Positions 40,250 to 50,500 of a DNA stretch of 64,000 bases are shown piece by piece. The notes under the pieces are model-generated. The model made no database searches, was not told the DNA's origin, and was given only the letters and a program-made list of their open reading frames with translations. Each line of letters opens with the position of its first letter. Position 1 is the first letter of the stretch. Source of the DNA: Desulfatiglandales bacterium (lineage in GTDB: Bacteria; Desulfobacterota; DSM-4660; Desulfatiglandales; HGW-15); the NCBI GenBank assembly GCA_963667015.2, contig CAXXJJ010000001.1:800001-864000 (forward strand), in the 5' to 3' direction. The translations under genes were made by a program, and so were the position numbers.

Positions 40250-41875
40250 TCATTCTTTTTCTGTAATTATTACCTTAGGGCTGGAAAGTTTTAAAGAACA
40301 TGCATCGACATCAGGAAATTTTTCGTGTGTATAGTTTCTTGTAATATACACTTTGCCAATATAGTTATTAGATGCCCATTCATTTTTATCAGGAAATAAA
40401 TTTATAAAGCTATTCCACTCTTCTGGGTCTATTGTAATGCATCCTATACTATCTCGATTTGCATCATCATACTCTTCTTGTCCCTTATGTATCCATATAT
40501 TTGAAGCTTTTAAAGAATTAGACCATTTACCATCCCTATAATATTTATTTAGTGTATCAATTCCATTTCCATCATTTACCATTAATAGAGCTTTTCCAGA
40601 GAATTGATTATACTGGAGCCATTTAATAGTGAAATTATATTTGCCAGAAGCGATTATAGGCTTTTTCTTATCATAAAATAAAATATTATATATTTCTCCT
40701 GAGGGGATGCTATTTAAATCTGACTCACCAATTTCAGTAAATTTTTCTTTTAATTTTTCATCATTAATCAATATATTATTATTTTCATCATTATATTTCG
40801 TGTAAGGATTTGGCAAAGTACGACCATGAAATTGGCTTGTTTCACCTACGTTTGTCCCATCTATCGACTTGCAAACATTTACTAAGGCATTATATCCATT
40901 TGAGTCTTCTGAAAAGTATGTTTCGGAAATTACAATATTATATGCAATAGGTGGTGAAATAGATTTTTCACTCACCGTAATATTCTTTATACAATATGAT
41001 TCTAATTTTATGTCTTCCCAAAGCACAGGTTGATGAGGGATTGATATTGACCAATTATCCCAATTATCAGTCGTTGCAGCAGTTCCGGATTTATCACCAT
41101 ATATCCATTTTAAGTTTGTAATAATTGATTTATAGTAGGATTTATAACCTTTCGGAAGGGAGGATAAACTACCTTGTATTTTAATATCATTATTATTCCA
41201 AGAGATATTCTTAATAAGAATATCTCTAATATAGGAAATATAAGAATCTCCTGTTTTTAGAACTGATCCTGTTGAGCGATCAACAATCACTTCCTGGGGA
41301 TCAAAGTATACTTTGCCATAAACATCGTCTTTTTGATATATGCAATAATGCACATGATCTCTCATTGCCTTATTTTGGGGATCAGTATTACCTAAATAAC
41401 CTATTAATTCGCCCTTTTTTATTGTTTTTCTATCAAACGTTCCTAATGAATTATCTGGCCTAAATGGGATCGGTATTTCATCAATTTCAAAAATTTGATG
41501 ATGTAATAGTTTATGATAAAAATTACTATCGTCTCGAATTATTATTGTCCCATACTCTCCTGGTCCTGGAACTATAATAGTTCCACTTACTGGTGAGTAG
41601 ACTCCTATATTAAATTCAGGAATTTCATTAATGTGCCTTTGCTCAGTTTCAACCCCTACAAAATCAATATCAATCCCAGGAGATCCTGATCTTTTTAGAT
41701 GGCCTGTAAAATCGTTATCTAGCACTAATGCTACATCACACTCTTCAGGATACGGTAGTATGTCTTTAAGCCTTATGTTTCCTCTGTTACTTGCCAGATC
41801 GTTTGAGTATGTGCAAACGCAAATAAGGGAAAATGATAGGATAATGAATACATATTTTTTAATTAGCTTTTTCAT
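40250..41875 (-). CDS. Secreted M23-like peptidase fused to an L,D-transpeptidase-like domain
   Basis: Signal peptide; GH...GIDID, KLLHH, IGYLGNT...DHVHY; C-terminal IWIHKG...SIGCIT. Confidence 0.55.
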   Translation of the reverse strand: MKKLIKKYVFIILSFSLICVCTYSNDLASNRGNIRLKDILPYPEECDVALVLDNDFTGHLKRSGSPGIDIDFVGVETEQRHINEIPEFNIGVYSPVSGTIIVPGPGEYGTIIIRDDSNFYHKLLHHQIFEIDEIPIPFRPDNSLGTFDRKTIKKGELIGYLGNTDPQNKAMRDHVHYCIYQKDDVYGKVYFDPQEVIVDRSTGSVLKTGDSYISYIRDILIKNISWNNNDIKIQGSLSSLPKGYKSYYKSIITNLKWIYGDKSGTAATTDNWDNWSISIPHQPVLWEDIKLESYCIKNITVSEKSISPPIAYNIVISETYFSEDSNGYNALVNVCKSIDGTNVGETSQFHGRTLPNPYTKYNDENNNILINDEKLKEKFTEIGESDLNSIPSGEIYNILFYDKKKPIIASGKYNFTIKWLQYNQFSGKALLMVNDGNGIDTLNKYYRDGKWSNSLKASNIWIHKGQEEYDDANRDSIGCITIDPEEWNSFINLFPDKNEWASNNYIGKVYITRNYTHEKFPDVDACSLKLSSPKVIITEKE

Positions 41876-42074
41876 TTTAATAGCCTCCTAAAAATGTAGT
41901 ATTTAAAAATCCTTACAGATATAAATAAGATAATTTCTTATCATCGTCAAAAAACTAAAAGCTGGTTCATTTATACCGAAAAACTTGCGGCGAAGGGATT
42001 AAAGAACTGATATCTTTCACGCGGGAGGCCGGCCTCTAGGTTTTGTGGCCCAATTATGTTATGCTATCAGAATA

Positions 42075-44540
42075 TTAAATCGATAAGGTATTCATCAACT
42101 CATCAGTGCCAAAATTCAAAAGGAATTCTGCATAATGGCTTGAAAAGATATCTTTTAAAAACTCTGTTAAGTCTTTTTCTTCTTCGCCTTGAGTTAAAGT
42201 ATATTTTTTTTGTTTGGCGATAGTAAACAAGAAGAGGGCATGAAAATATACTGAGCTTAGATATTTTTTGTCTGCTAATTCTATTTGTTCTTCAGTAATT
42301 GATTTGTATTTTGCCTTGTATGCTTTTAATACTCTACTATCCATGTTTATAAAAAGGGTATCTAACATTTCGCCTTCAACATAGGGATGCATTATAGTGT
42401 CAATATCCATATCTTCCCCACATTTATCCTCAAACTCATCCCACGTTAGATACTCATCCTTCTTTTCTTTATAGACCAATTGATATTGAGGTAGCCCCCA
42501 AGATGAATCGTCATCCTCTTCTTTTTGTTTTATATCCTTTGGTAGTTTTTCTTTATCTACTACTTGAATCCAAAACTTTTCTTCAAATTCTTCTCCAGCC
42601 CCATTTAGTATTGCATTAACTTGGACCATATCGCCAACGTTTAAAATATTATTCGGACTAAAATTAATTTTTATTGTCCCATTATTCGGACTTGATCTTT
42701 GTATATTGAAAATATCAGATAGCTGTTTGGGGACCCCTTGTTTATTCCCTCCCTCTGTTTCATTTGGCTTAAAACTTAGAAGAGAAATTGAAAGATCTCC
42801 CGGATCTTCAGTTCTATCAAAATATTGGTTTTCAACATCAGTTGCGAACCTTACAGTTCGACTACTACCTAAAGGTATTTTTGCAGCAGGTTTCTCTTCT
42901 GTACCTGAATGTTTTAGGGTGAAAAAGGATGGGAATCTTTGGGGATGAAATTGTTCTTTTTTTTCTTCCTTCTTTTCTTTTTTGTTTTTAATCCTTTGAT
43001 CTATTCCTTTCTTTGGAATATCGATCTTAAATGTATTTTGCAGTAGTTTAAATAGTTCGCTATCCAGAGGCATTGACTTTGTAAAAGACTTTAGAAGTTC
43101 ACTTGTATCTTTACTATCAAACGCAATCGAGTTTTTCCTATCTTTATGTATTTCTTTTAATTTTCCTTTTACCAAGGTCTCGGCGAGTGATTTACGTAAT
43201 TTACTCGTCTCGTCTGAACCTTTCAGACGATCTCTGGATGCCATAAAAAGTTCTTTTCTAAATAAATAATGCATCCTTGTACAGTCAACGTGGACTAACA
43301 AATGATTTTTCAACAAAGGCATTTTTAATGCACGAGAGATAAATTCGGAGGTGTAATGTCCATGTACTTGCCCATTTAATGAGAAAAGAATAGCCATATT
43401 ATTCTTAAAAAATTCCCTCGAAATAGTATCTCTCGTTTCCCTAGCTGATCTACCATTGACTTTATTCCTGAAAACATAACAAGTTACTTTCGCCTTCCCT
43501 ATTTCTTCATAATCTATTTCTTCCGAAAAATAATCCTCAACATATTTTGAATCTTCTTGTTCAAGTCTTCTTTTTAATCCAAAAAGGTCTCTTGCAAGAT
43601 TTTTATCATTCGGATAGCGTTCTGGGATGTCTATTGTATAGACAGGTAGTGCGGGATGAAAAAGGTATTCATTTATACTTTGATTTAAATCTCTTGATAT
43701 TACAGAACGTGAACCTGGTGGTAGATTGTAACTATAAAGTTTTATTATGGAGCCAGTTACAAATTTTCGACCATTAAGACCTAAATCAAGAGAGTCAATT
43801 GGGAAGCTGGGAATTTGATTATCAATCTTCATATATTCATACCAGGTATTTTTTAAAGTACCTGATTCTAGCAATTGTTGTTCATGCTCGTTTAAAGGAT
43901 GCTCTCTAACTAATGTAAAACCAAAATTTCCTGTTCCATCATATCTTTTTGATGCAATCAACTGGTAGCGTTTCTTACCACAAAAGACAATTGCCCCAGT
44001 GCCACCCATATTGTATTTACCTTGCACAAAAGGTATCTCAGCTTTATTTCCTTTGAGTAAGGATAAAAAAGTATTTTCAAAGTTTTCTGGATGCTGACCT
44101 TCCCCATTATCATATATTGTTAATGAGGTTTCCATGCGCGGTCCACTTGCTGTTATTTGTATTTCTTCGGCTTGAGTTTGTCTATATCCAGGAAGGTTCC
44201 AGTCTTCATGGCAATTCTTTGATGCTCTATCAAAAAAATTTTCGACAGCTTCTGTCATATTTCGAGGAGAGCTAGATCCTTTAGGATTTATTCCCGACTC
44301 AAGACATTTCCGCATTAATATTGCATCAATAGAATTTGTAATTTTTTCGATTAAAGCAGCGATAGGGGATGATTGTTGGTTTTCTATAACGCCAAAATTG
44401 TTTTCATTACCATCAAGAGGGTACCAATTTGTATTTTTAAATGTCTGCGAGTAAGAATTTAAGGCACTATCAACTTCTTTTTCAGTAGAAGCCTTATAGA
44501 GTTTTAAAAAGAAATGCTCTTTATCTATACATGTTGACAT
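42075..44540 (-). CDS. GHKL (MORC/HATPase-like) ATPase, 821 aa
   Basis: Bergerat motifs EKITNSID, DNGEG, GKYNMGG. Confidence 0.75.
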   Translation of the reverse strand: MSTCIDKEHFFLKLYKASTEKEVDSALNSYSQTFKNTNWYPLDGNENNFGVIENQQSSPIAALIEKITNSIDAILMRKCLESGINPKGSSSPRNMTEAVENFFDRASKNCHEDWNLPGYRQTQAEEIQITASGPRMETSLTIYDNGEGQHPENFENTFLSLLKGNKAEIPFVQGKYNMGGTGAIVFCGKKRYQLIASKRYDGTGNFGFTLVREHPLNEHEQQLLESGTLKNTWYEYMKIDNQIPSFPIDSLDLGLNGRKFVTGSIIKLYSYNLPPGSRSVISRDLNQSINEYLFHPALPVYTIDIPERYPNDKNLARDLFGLKRRLEQEDSKYVEDYFSEEIDYEEIGKAKVTCYVFRNKVNGRSARETRDTISREFFKNNMAILFSLNGQVHGHYTSEFISRALKMPLLKNHLLVHVDCTRMHYLFRKELFMASRDRLKGSDETSKLRKSLAETLVKGKLKEIHKDRKNSIAFDSKDTSELLKSFTKSMPLDSELFKLLQNTFKIDIPKKGIDQRIKNKKEKKEEKKEQFHPQRFPSFFTLKHSGTEEKPAAKIPLGSSRTVRFATDVENQYFDRTEDPGDLSISLLSFKPNETEGGNKQGVPKQLSDIFNIQRSSPNNGTIKINFSPNNILNVGDMVQVNAILNGAGEEFEEKFWIQVVDKEKLPKDIKQKEEDDDSSWGLPQYQLVYKEKKDEYLTWDEFEDKCGEDMDIDTIMHPYVEGEMLDTLFINMDSRVLKAYKAKYKSITEEQIELADKKYLSSVYFHALFLFTIAKQKKYTLTQGEEEKDLTEFLKDIFSSHYAEFLLNFGTDELMNTLSI

Positions 44541-44614
44541 TAATCATATACCGAATAAGACATGGTTGAATAAAATTTAAATTTAAATTGATTATTATAA
44601 TTGTAGCTGGAAAA

Positions 44615-45256
44615 TTATCCTAAAGCGTTTATCGCTTCGATAAAATCGATATAAATATTTTCATCCCACTGAATATCTTCTGTGTCATCATCTAAGGTGT
44701 ATAAATAATAAAAACCTTTATATCCTGATTCCAAAGCATTCTTTTTTAAATTTTCAATCGATTTTATAGGACAACATTCAGCCATCAGAAAAATATTTTC
44801 CAATTTGTATTTTTTAAAGTCCTCACAATAATTTTTATCTACTGACTTTGCATATGATTTGCAGCTAATAACTGCCACTGCATTTTTTGCTTCAATAAAT
44901 TTAAAATGCATAATAGGGTTTGATGTCCCGTTCCATTCAAGGATATGACCTGGTTTATGTATAATAATATCACATTCCGGGGAGCATGATTCGCCGCTAT
45001 CATCAACTAAATGTCCCCAGCTGACTTCTAAGTTTTTTGATGAGACAATTGTTCTTAATATATACAGAATGCGGGCAGATAGCCGGAGACCCTTTACAAA
45101 TCCTAACATCCTGCCTTTGTCTTTTGTGGAGTCCATTAGTCGTATACGTGGATCGAGTCTCCACTGAGCGAGTTCTTGCATTAGCCCAAAAAAAGGTTCC
45201 GTCTTAAGTCGCAGCTCCATCCTACCCTTTAAGGTGCTAGAGTGAATTTTACTCAT
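44615..45256 (-). CDS. NucC/DUF6602-like PD-(D/E)XK nuclease
   Basis: WGHLVDDSGESCSPECDIIIH...FIEAKNAVAVISCKS. Confidence 0.55.
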   Translation of the reverse strand: MSKIHSSTLKGRMELRLKTEPFFGLMQELAQWRLDPRIRLMDSTKDKGRMLGFVKGLRLSARILYILRTIVSSKNLEVSWGHLVDDSGESCSPECDIIIHKPGHILEWNGTSNPIMHFKFIEAKNAVAVISCKSYAKSVDKNYCEDFKKYKLENIFLMAECCPIKSIENLKKNALESGYKGFYYLYTLDDDTEDIQWDENIYIDFIEAINALG

Positions 45257-45949
45257 TTAATTGATATCTCCTTTTGCAATCAAAGAAACTGCTTGAGCCT
45301 TAGTTAAACCATTTTTTGAGGAGTATTTTTGAAGCAACTGTTTCCCTTCACTACTCATAGTAATCTCACAAAAAAGATCATCCTTTTTCATTTTTATAAT
45401 ATTCTCATCCTTTATTACTTTAGAGAAATTATCCCTGAGCTGTTCTTCAGACACATTTTGGGATGTAATGATGAATTCGGCGATGTATTGTTTAATGTTC
45501 CTACTCGATTTCACTCTTTTTATTATTTCATTGATTCCTAAAGTTGGTGCATCCTTTCTTAATTCCCTAATTGCCCTAACATCAGCTGAATTTAACTTTT
45601 TTTTTGCTACTTCCTTTGCAACAATAAGCTGTTCATGGTTTTCGAACATACTTAGGTGCACAGCTATATCAATACTATCAATATCCCTTTTCCTAAAAAG
45701 CTCTTTAACCTCCGGTATAAGTTTATTGATATAAGTAAATTGCCTTATCATCTTATTTGAAAGGCCTATCATATCTGCTACTTTTTTTAAGCTTCCGATA
45801 CCTTTGACTGCAATTTTCAACCAATCTGATATTTCAACCAAGGATATGTGCCGTTTTGTGGTTCTTGTATTCTTTATAAGCGCAGCGATTGCCTTATCAA
45901 TTACTTTCTCAGAAAAGTGTTCTTGATTTATTTCTAATTTATCATTCAT
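45257..45949 (-). CDS. ParB-like HTH protein lacking the N-terminal CTPase domain
   Basis: SLVEISDWL...GSLKKVADMIGLSNKMIRQF...KLIPEVKELF...LNSADVR resembles the ParB central HTH region; no GxRR. Confidence 0.55.
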   Translation of the reverse strand: MNDKLEINQEHFSEKVIDKAIAALIKNTRTTKRHISLVEISDWLKIAVKGIGSLKKVADMIGLSNKMIRQFTYINKLIPEVKELFRKRDIDSIDIAVHLSMFENHEQLIVAKEVAKKKLNSADVRAIRELRKDAPTLGINEIIKRVKSSRNIKQYIAEFIITSQNVSEEQLRDNFSKVIKDENIIKMKKDDLFCEITMSSEGKQLLQKYSSKNGLTKAQAVSLIAKGDIN

Positions 45950-46757
45950 CTAAGAATCCTTGCTCATAAAGCCATGTCTCTATTATTTCTGGTACAATTT
46001 CTTCAACTTCTTTTGCGTACTCTTTTGTTGCGCTTTCTAAACCTTTTCTAATTTCTTCAGGAAGGCTTATCATCAAGTTTTTTTCAACTCTGGGTTTTAT
46101 TGCTTCTTCAAATATTTTTTCTGCTGACGCCTTCGGATATTTTTTCCCGTATTCGTTTACTCGTTGTTTTTGATATTTTGTTAACTTATATTCTTCCATT
46201 AATTCAAGCAATGCTTCTGCCTTCTTTATATTTCCTTGTGCTGCCTGCAGAGCTCTTTTTACATCTGCGGGTGACACTTTTTTATTTTTTAACTTTTTCT
46301 TCATTTTTGGTGAAGCTTGTGCTTCAATATTAATGTACTCTCTGACTTTTCTTAATGAGAGTCCTGTCTCTCTTTGGACTTTCCTCTCATCATGGTCATA
46401 CTCTTCATACAATTCAGTAATTGCTTTAGCTGTGTCTGCATGGTTCAAATCAACCCGTTGAACATTTTCAATAAGTGATCTTAAAAGAGCTTCTTGTTCC
46501 GATAAATCTCCGGCAAAAACTGCTAATATCGTTTTTTCCTTTAATTTATTATGAGCTAAATATCTTCTTTGACCTGCTATTAACTCATATGGTGGTTCAC
46601 CATAACTACCTAACAAGACAACTGGTTGTAACAAACCATGTTTTTTAATACTAGCAGCGAGTTCATCTAGTTCTTGTGTTTGACGTGTCAATCGCACATT
46701 CTGATCGCTTATTTTAATATCACTAAGCTGTATTTTATATATTCGATCATCAGCCAT
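45942..46757 (-). CDS. ParB/Spo0J-family protein
   Basis: ELAASIKKHGLLQPVV, YELIAGQRRYLA, LIENVQRVDLN, HTH. Confidence 0.88.
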   Translation of the reverse strand: MADDRIYKIQLSDIKISDQNVRLTRQTQELDELAASIKKHGLLQPVVLLGSYGEPPYELIAGQRRYLAHNKLKEKTILAVFAGDLSEQEALLRSLIENVQRVDLNHADTAKAITELYEEYDHDERKVQRETGLSLRKVREYINIEAQASPKMKKKLKNKKVSPADVKRALQAAQGNIKKAEALLELMEEYKLTKYQKQRVNEYGKKYPKASAEKIFEEAIKPRVEKNLMISLPEEIRKGLESATKEYAKEVEEIVPEIIETWLYEQGFLDE

Positions 46758-46778
46758 TATTTTATTTCTCCTTTTTCA

Positions 46779-47588
46779 TTATAATTGACATATCAAACAT
46801 GCTCTAAATCTATACTCCTCTTCTTCCATCCCAGCTAAAACCTCTACAAGCTTTTTATTTCCCCTCTTTTTCCTGAACTGCTCTGCTCGGATTTCATGCT
46901 GCTCTTTTATTTTTTTAATATTTTTAGATTTACATAATTCGCTTAAAGGTAAACCTTCAATCCATGTAAAGGTCTTTCCCATTTCATTACTTATTTTTTC
47001 AAAATTCTGTGCTTTTTCAAAATCATCCGGATATTTTTCTAACAACCTTACCCATTCAATTTTTTTCTGAAAAAAACAAAAGTAACACCCTGAATGTGTT
47101 CTACCCCAAGCCATATAAGGAGGCATTCCAATACCACTATCTCTGAGTATCTTTATAACACCATCATAATCAATACCATCTTCTTTAAAAGGGTATATTG
47201 TTTTAATGTTATCCTTTCCACTTATATAGCCAACTCTATCTTCATCAGCTCTAATACCGACATAGCTGATTATCTGGTCTTCTCCGATCTCCTTTTCAAA
47301 TGGTTTAAGTTTCAACATTTTAGTACACCATCTCATTCTCGGACCAGGAAGATATCCACCAAACACCTTTAGCCAATGCTCAAACCCCGCTCGATCATTA
47401 AGTCGTTTTATTTTTTTTCCTAAATATACTTCGACTTGATCCAAGTATTCATATGTTTCTTTAAGCTCTTCGCCGGTGTCGCAGAAGATATATTCCATAT
47501 CTGGAACTTTATCTCTCATATGAATAGCTAGAGCAGTGCTGTCTTTCCCTCCGGATAGACTTAATATGTGACGTATCTTTTTACTCAT
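46779..47588 (-). CDS. sspD: PAPS-reductase-like protein (SspD-like)
   Basis: SLSGGKDS PP-loop, RWCTKMLK, GIRADE, SGCYFCFFQ, C-terminal CLIC. Confidence 0.8.
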   Translation of the reverse strand: MSKKIRHILSLSGGKDSTALAIHMRDKVPDMEYIFCDTGEELKETYEYLDQVEVYLGKKIKRLNDRAGFEHWLKVFGGYLPGPRMRWCTKMLKLKPFEKEIGEDQIISYVGIRADEDRVGYISGKDNIKTIYPFKEDGIDYDGVIKILRDSGIGMPPYMAWGRTHSGCYFCFFQKKIEWVRLLEKYPDDFEKAQNFEKISNEMGKTFTWIEGLPLSELCKSKNIKKIKEQHEIRAEQFRKKRGNKKLVEVLAGMEEEEYRFRACLICQL

Positions 47589-50500
47589 TCCACTTCCTTA
47601 TTATCTTTTGGAATATTTTCCCATAATGCTTTAAAAGCAGCAGCAAAGCCAATCTGTTTATGTTTTTTTATTATCATACTTATTTCTTTTTGCAGTTCTT
47701 CTGCTTTATAAGATTCACTCTCTCCTAAATAAAATACATTTTCTTTTTCGTTGCCATCTGACCTCGTTAAAGAAAGTCTCATACCAATGCTATTCGAGAT
47801 ATTCCCTTCTTCAGAGAAAAGAACACTTTCTATACGAAAAAACCTTGATACATATTCAATTAATCTTTGATTGAATTGTATTTCATCATCATCTTTCCAT
47901 TTGTCAGGTGGTTTAGAAACAAGATAGCTTGCAATTGACTCAACCCACTCATGTTCAGGTAGACTCTCATCCATCAACCTCAAACAAAATGCCTTCAGTT
48001 TTGGTTCGCTGATTTTAATAGCTATTATCTCCGCTCTATCAGAAATGTTTTTTCGAAACATTTTCAACGATTCTGAACTTATGAAAGCATCTAAAATTTG
48101 TTTTTTCAGTCGTTCATTGAAACTTTGATAGGACATCTTTAATTCATTTATTGAATCTTTCAAAATGCCCACAAATTTATTTACTGCGTCAGCATTGAAC
48201 TCGGTATCTGTCTTAAATTCTTCTAAGCCACAGGCTTTTGGCAGGTTATAAAAAAGTAATTTAATTGGTTCCTGTGCTGAAAGAATGGCTTCCCGCACTT
48301 TTAGAGCTTCTTTTGATAACAATTTAGTATTGTGAACGTATAAGGGTAGGTTTGCTACAAATACACATAAAGGTTGAACAATATCTAATAACTCCGGTTC
48401 ATGAGCTTTACTATCAGTTAGGCCAAGTGCTGCAGTTAATTTGTGAAAGATATCGGTTCTAAGCCCTTCTATTTTACAATACTGAAGTTCAAAGGTTTCC
48501 GGAGCTTTTATAAGCCTTAAGAATTCTTCCCCTGCCATTACTCTTGCAAAAGTTCCATTTTCGTAAAATGCAATTTCATGTTCAAATATAATTTTATATG
48601 CGGCTAAAAGAATAGGGATAATACCTTCTCTGAGTCCATAGGGCGGTTTCTGCAATTCTAAAATTATATGATTAACACTTACTCTATTATCATTGTTATC
48701 TTTAAGGATACTTTTTATTTTATCAAACACAGGCAGAAAGTTACATTTGTCTTGTTCTTTGATTGGCAAACAAATAGACCAAATTCCATCTTTTAATTGG
48801 TGGAGGTTCGATTGTTTTAATATTGACAGGTATGCTGACATTTCAGGAGGTTTTTTATTCGGATCCATCCCAAGGAATGGTTTATCAGGATCATTAATCA
48901 TTCTTTCAATTAATCTCATGCGAGCTGCGGCGGCAGCCGAACTGAGTGATGACCTATTAATAAGTTCGTTTTTTATTATCGGAGCTTCAGTATATAGGTT
49001 ATCGCAAAGCTCTGATAATTTTGAGAGCAATTCACGCCCTGTGCTGATATTAAGTAGTTGCCCCTGCTGGTACCACTCTAAATCCATCTGACCAGTAAAT
49101 TGCCTTAATCCTATAAAAGTGTTTATCTGTTTTAAAAGTGTAGATCTAGTGAAGTCAATTTGACGTTCAACCTCTGATCTCGCGAATCTATCTCCTGCTA
49201 GTTCAGAAATATTTCTAAAAACCCATTGCCATTTTTGTGCTTCATATACAAGGCCTGAAAGTACATTAAGGTATGGAGGAACTGCGATCAAAATATTTGG
49301 CTTCAAGTGAAGTTCTGTCGCCTGCTTGATAAAAGATAATGCTTTTGAACGTTCTGCCTTTGTTTCACAAAGAGGAATAATAATAGCGTTATCGCCCTTT
49401 ATATTTTTAACTATTGCAGATAAATCGAATACTGAACAATAGAATACATCAAAATGGCGAAGGTTACCTGTTTGTATATAATGCCTTCTTGCAACGAGCG
49501 GGGTCGGGTCTATGTGGTCTTCTATTACTCTTGTAATACTTTTTGATGTGCTAATTGCTTTCTTTGCCTTCTCAACTGCTTGATCAAGGTCTACACTTGT
49601 ATGAGGCCATAGACAGTATCCCCCAGCTGCACCTCGATGATAAAGGACATGTCTCTTTTTATGCAATATTTCAAGGGCGTTTGAAATATCATCTGAATTG
49701 TACTTTGAATTGTTTAATGATAAGGCTACTGTCTTTGAAGTTGCCAATAAATCATTTTGATTGATAAGGTTTATAATTCCTACAGTTTTTAATATATTTA
49801 GCTCTAGTTCACTATTGGTAGCAAAGCTATCAATCATTGATTGAATATGGTTCCAATGACTCCTATAATTTTGTGCGCTCAACTGATAACCAAAATTAAA
49901 CCGAACATAATCATATAAATCATGAAGCTGGTAGAAGGTATCATTCCTGATAAAATTTTTCTCAGCGAATTCTTGTAGGCCAAAGGGTTCATTTGAAAGT
50001 AAGAAACTGAATAAAGACCGTTCATTTTGCCCAAAGCGATTAAATATTCTAATCAACACAGGTACTACACTGGGGTGCAAAGGGAATAGATTTTTAGCAT
50101 TTTCTTTTAATTTCTTTTCAGCAGGTGCAACACCAAACCACCCCAACTTTATGGCGGTTTCCATTTCTTTATTAATATTTTTTATATGGGATTCAGTTAA
50201 TTTAGAGCTTTTGACCTTTAGTGCAGATGAAATCAATGAAGCCATTTGTTCAATAGGCTGATTAAAAATAACTTCATCAAACCGAGCTGCTACTTTTTCC
50301 CATTCACGTTGACCAGCATGTGATAATTGATCTGCATAAGAACTAAAGCCTTGATGTAGTATTCCAATAATGAAAAGAGGTTCTTTACCGCTTCTCGATG
50401 CAACTTCTGCTAATTTTTGAAGAAGGAAAACATCCTGTTGCTCAGGATGTTGTGCAGCATATTCAAGAAACTTACCAAGTTCATCAATAATAATAAGTAA

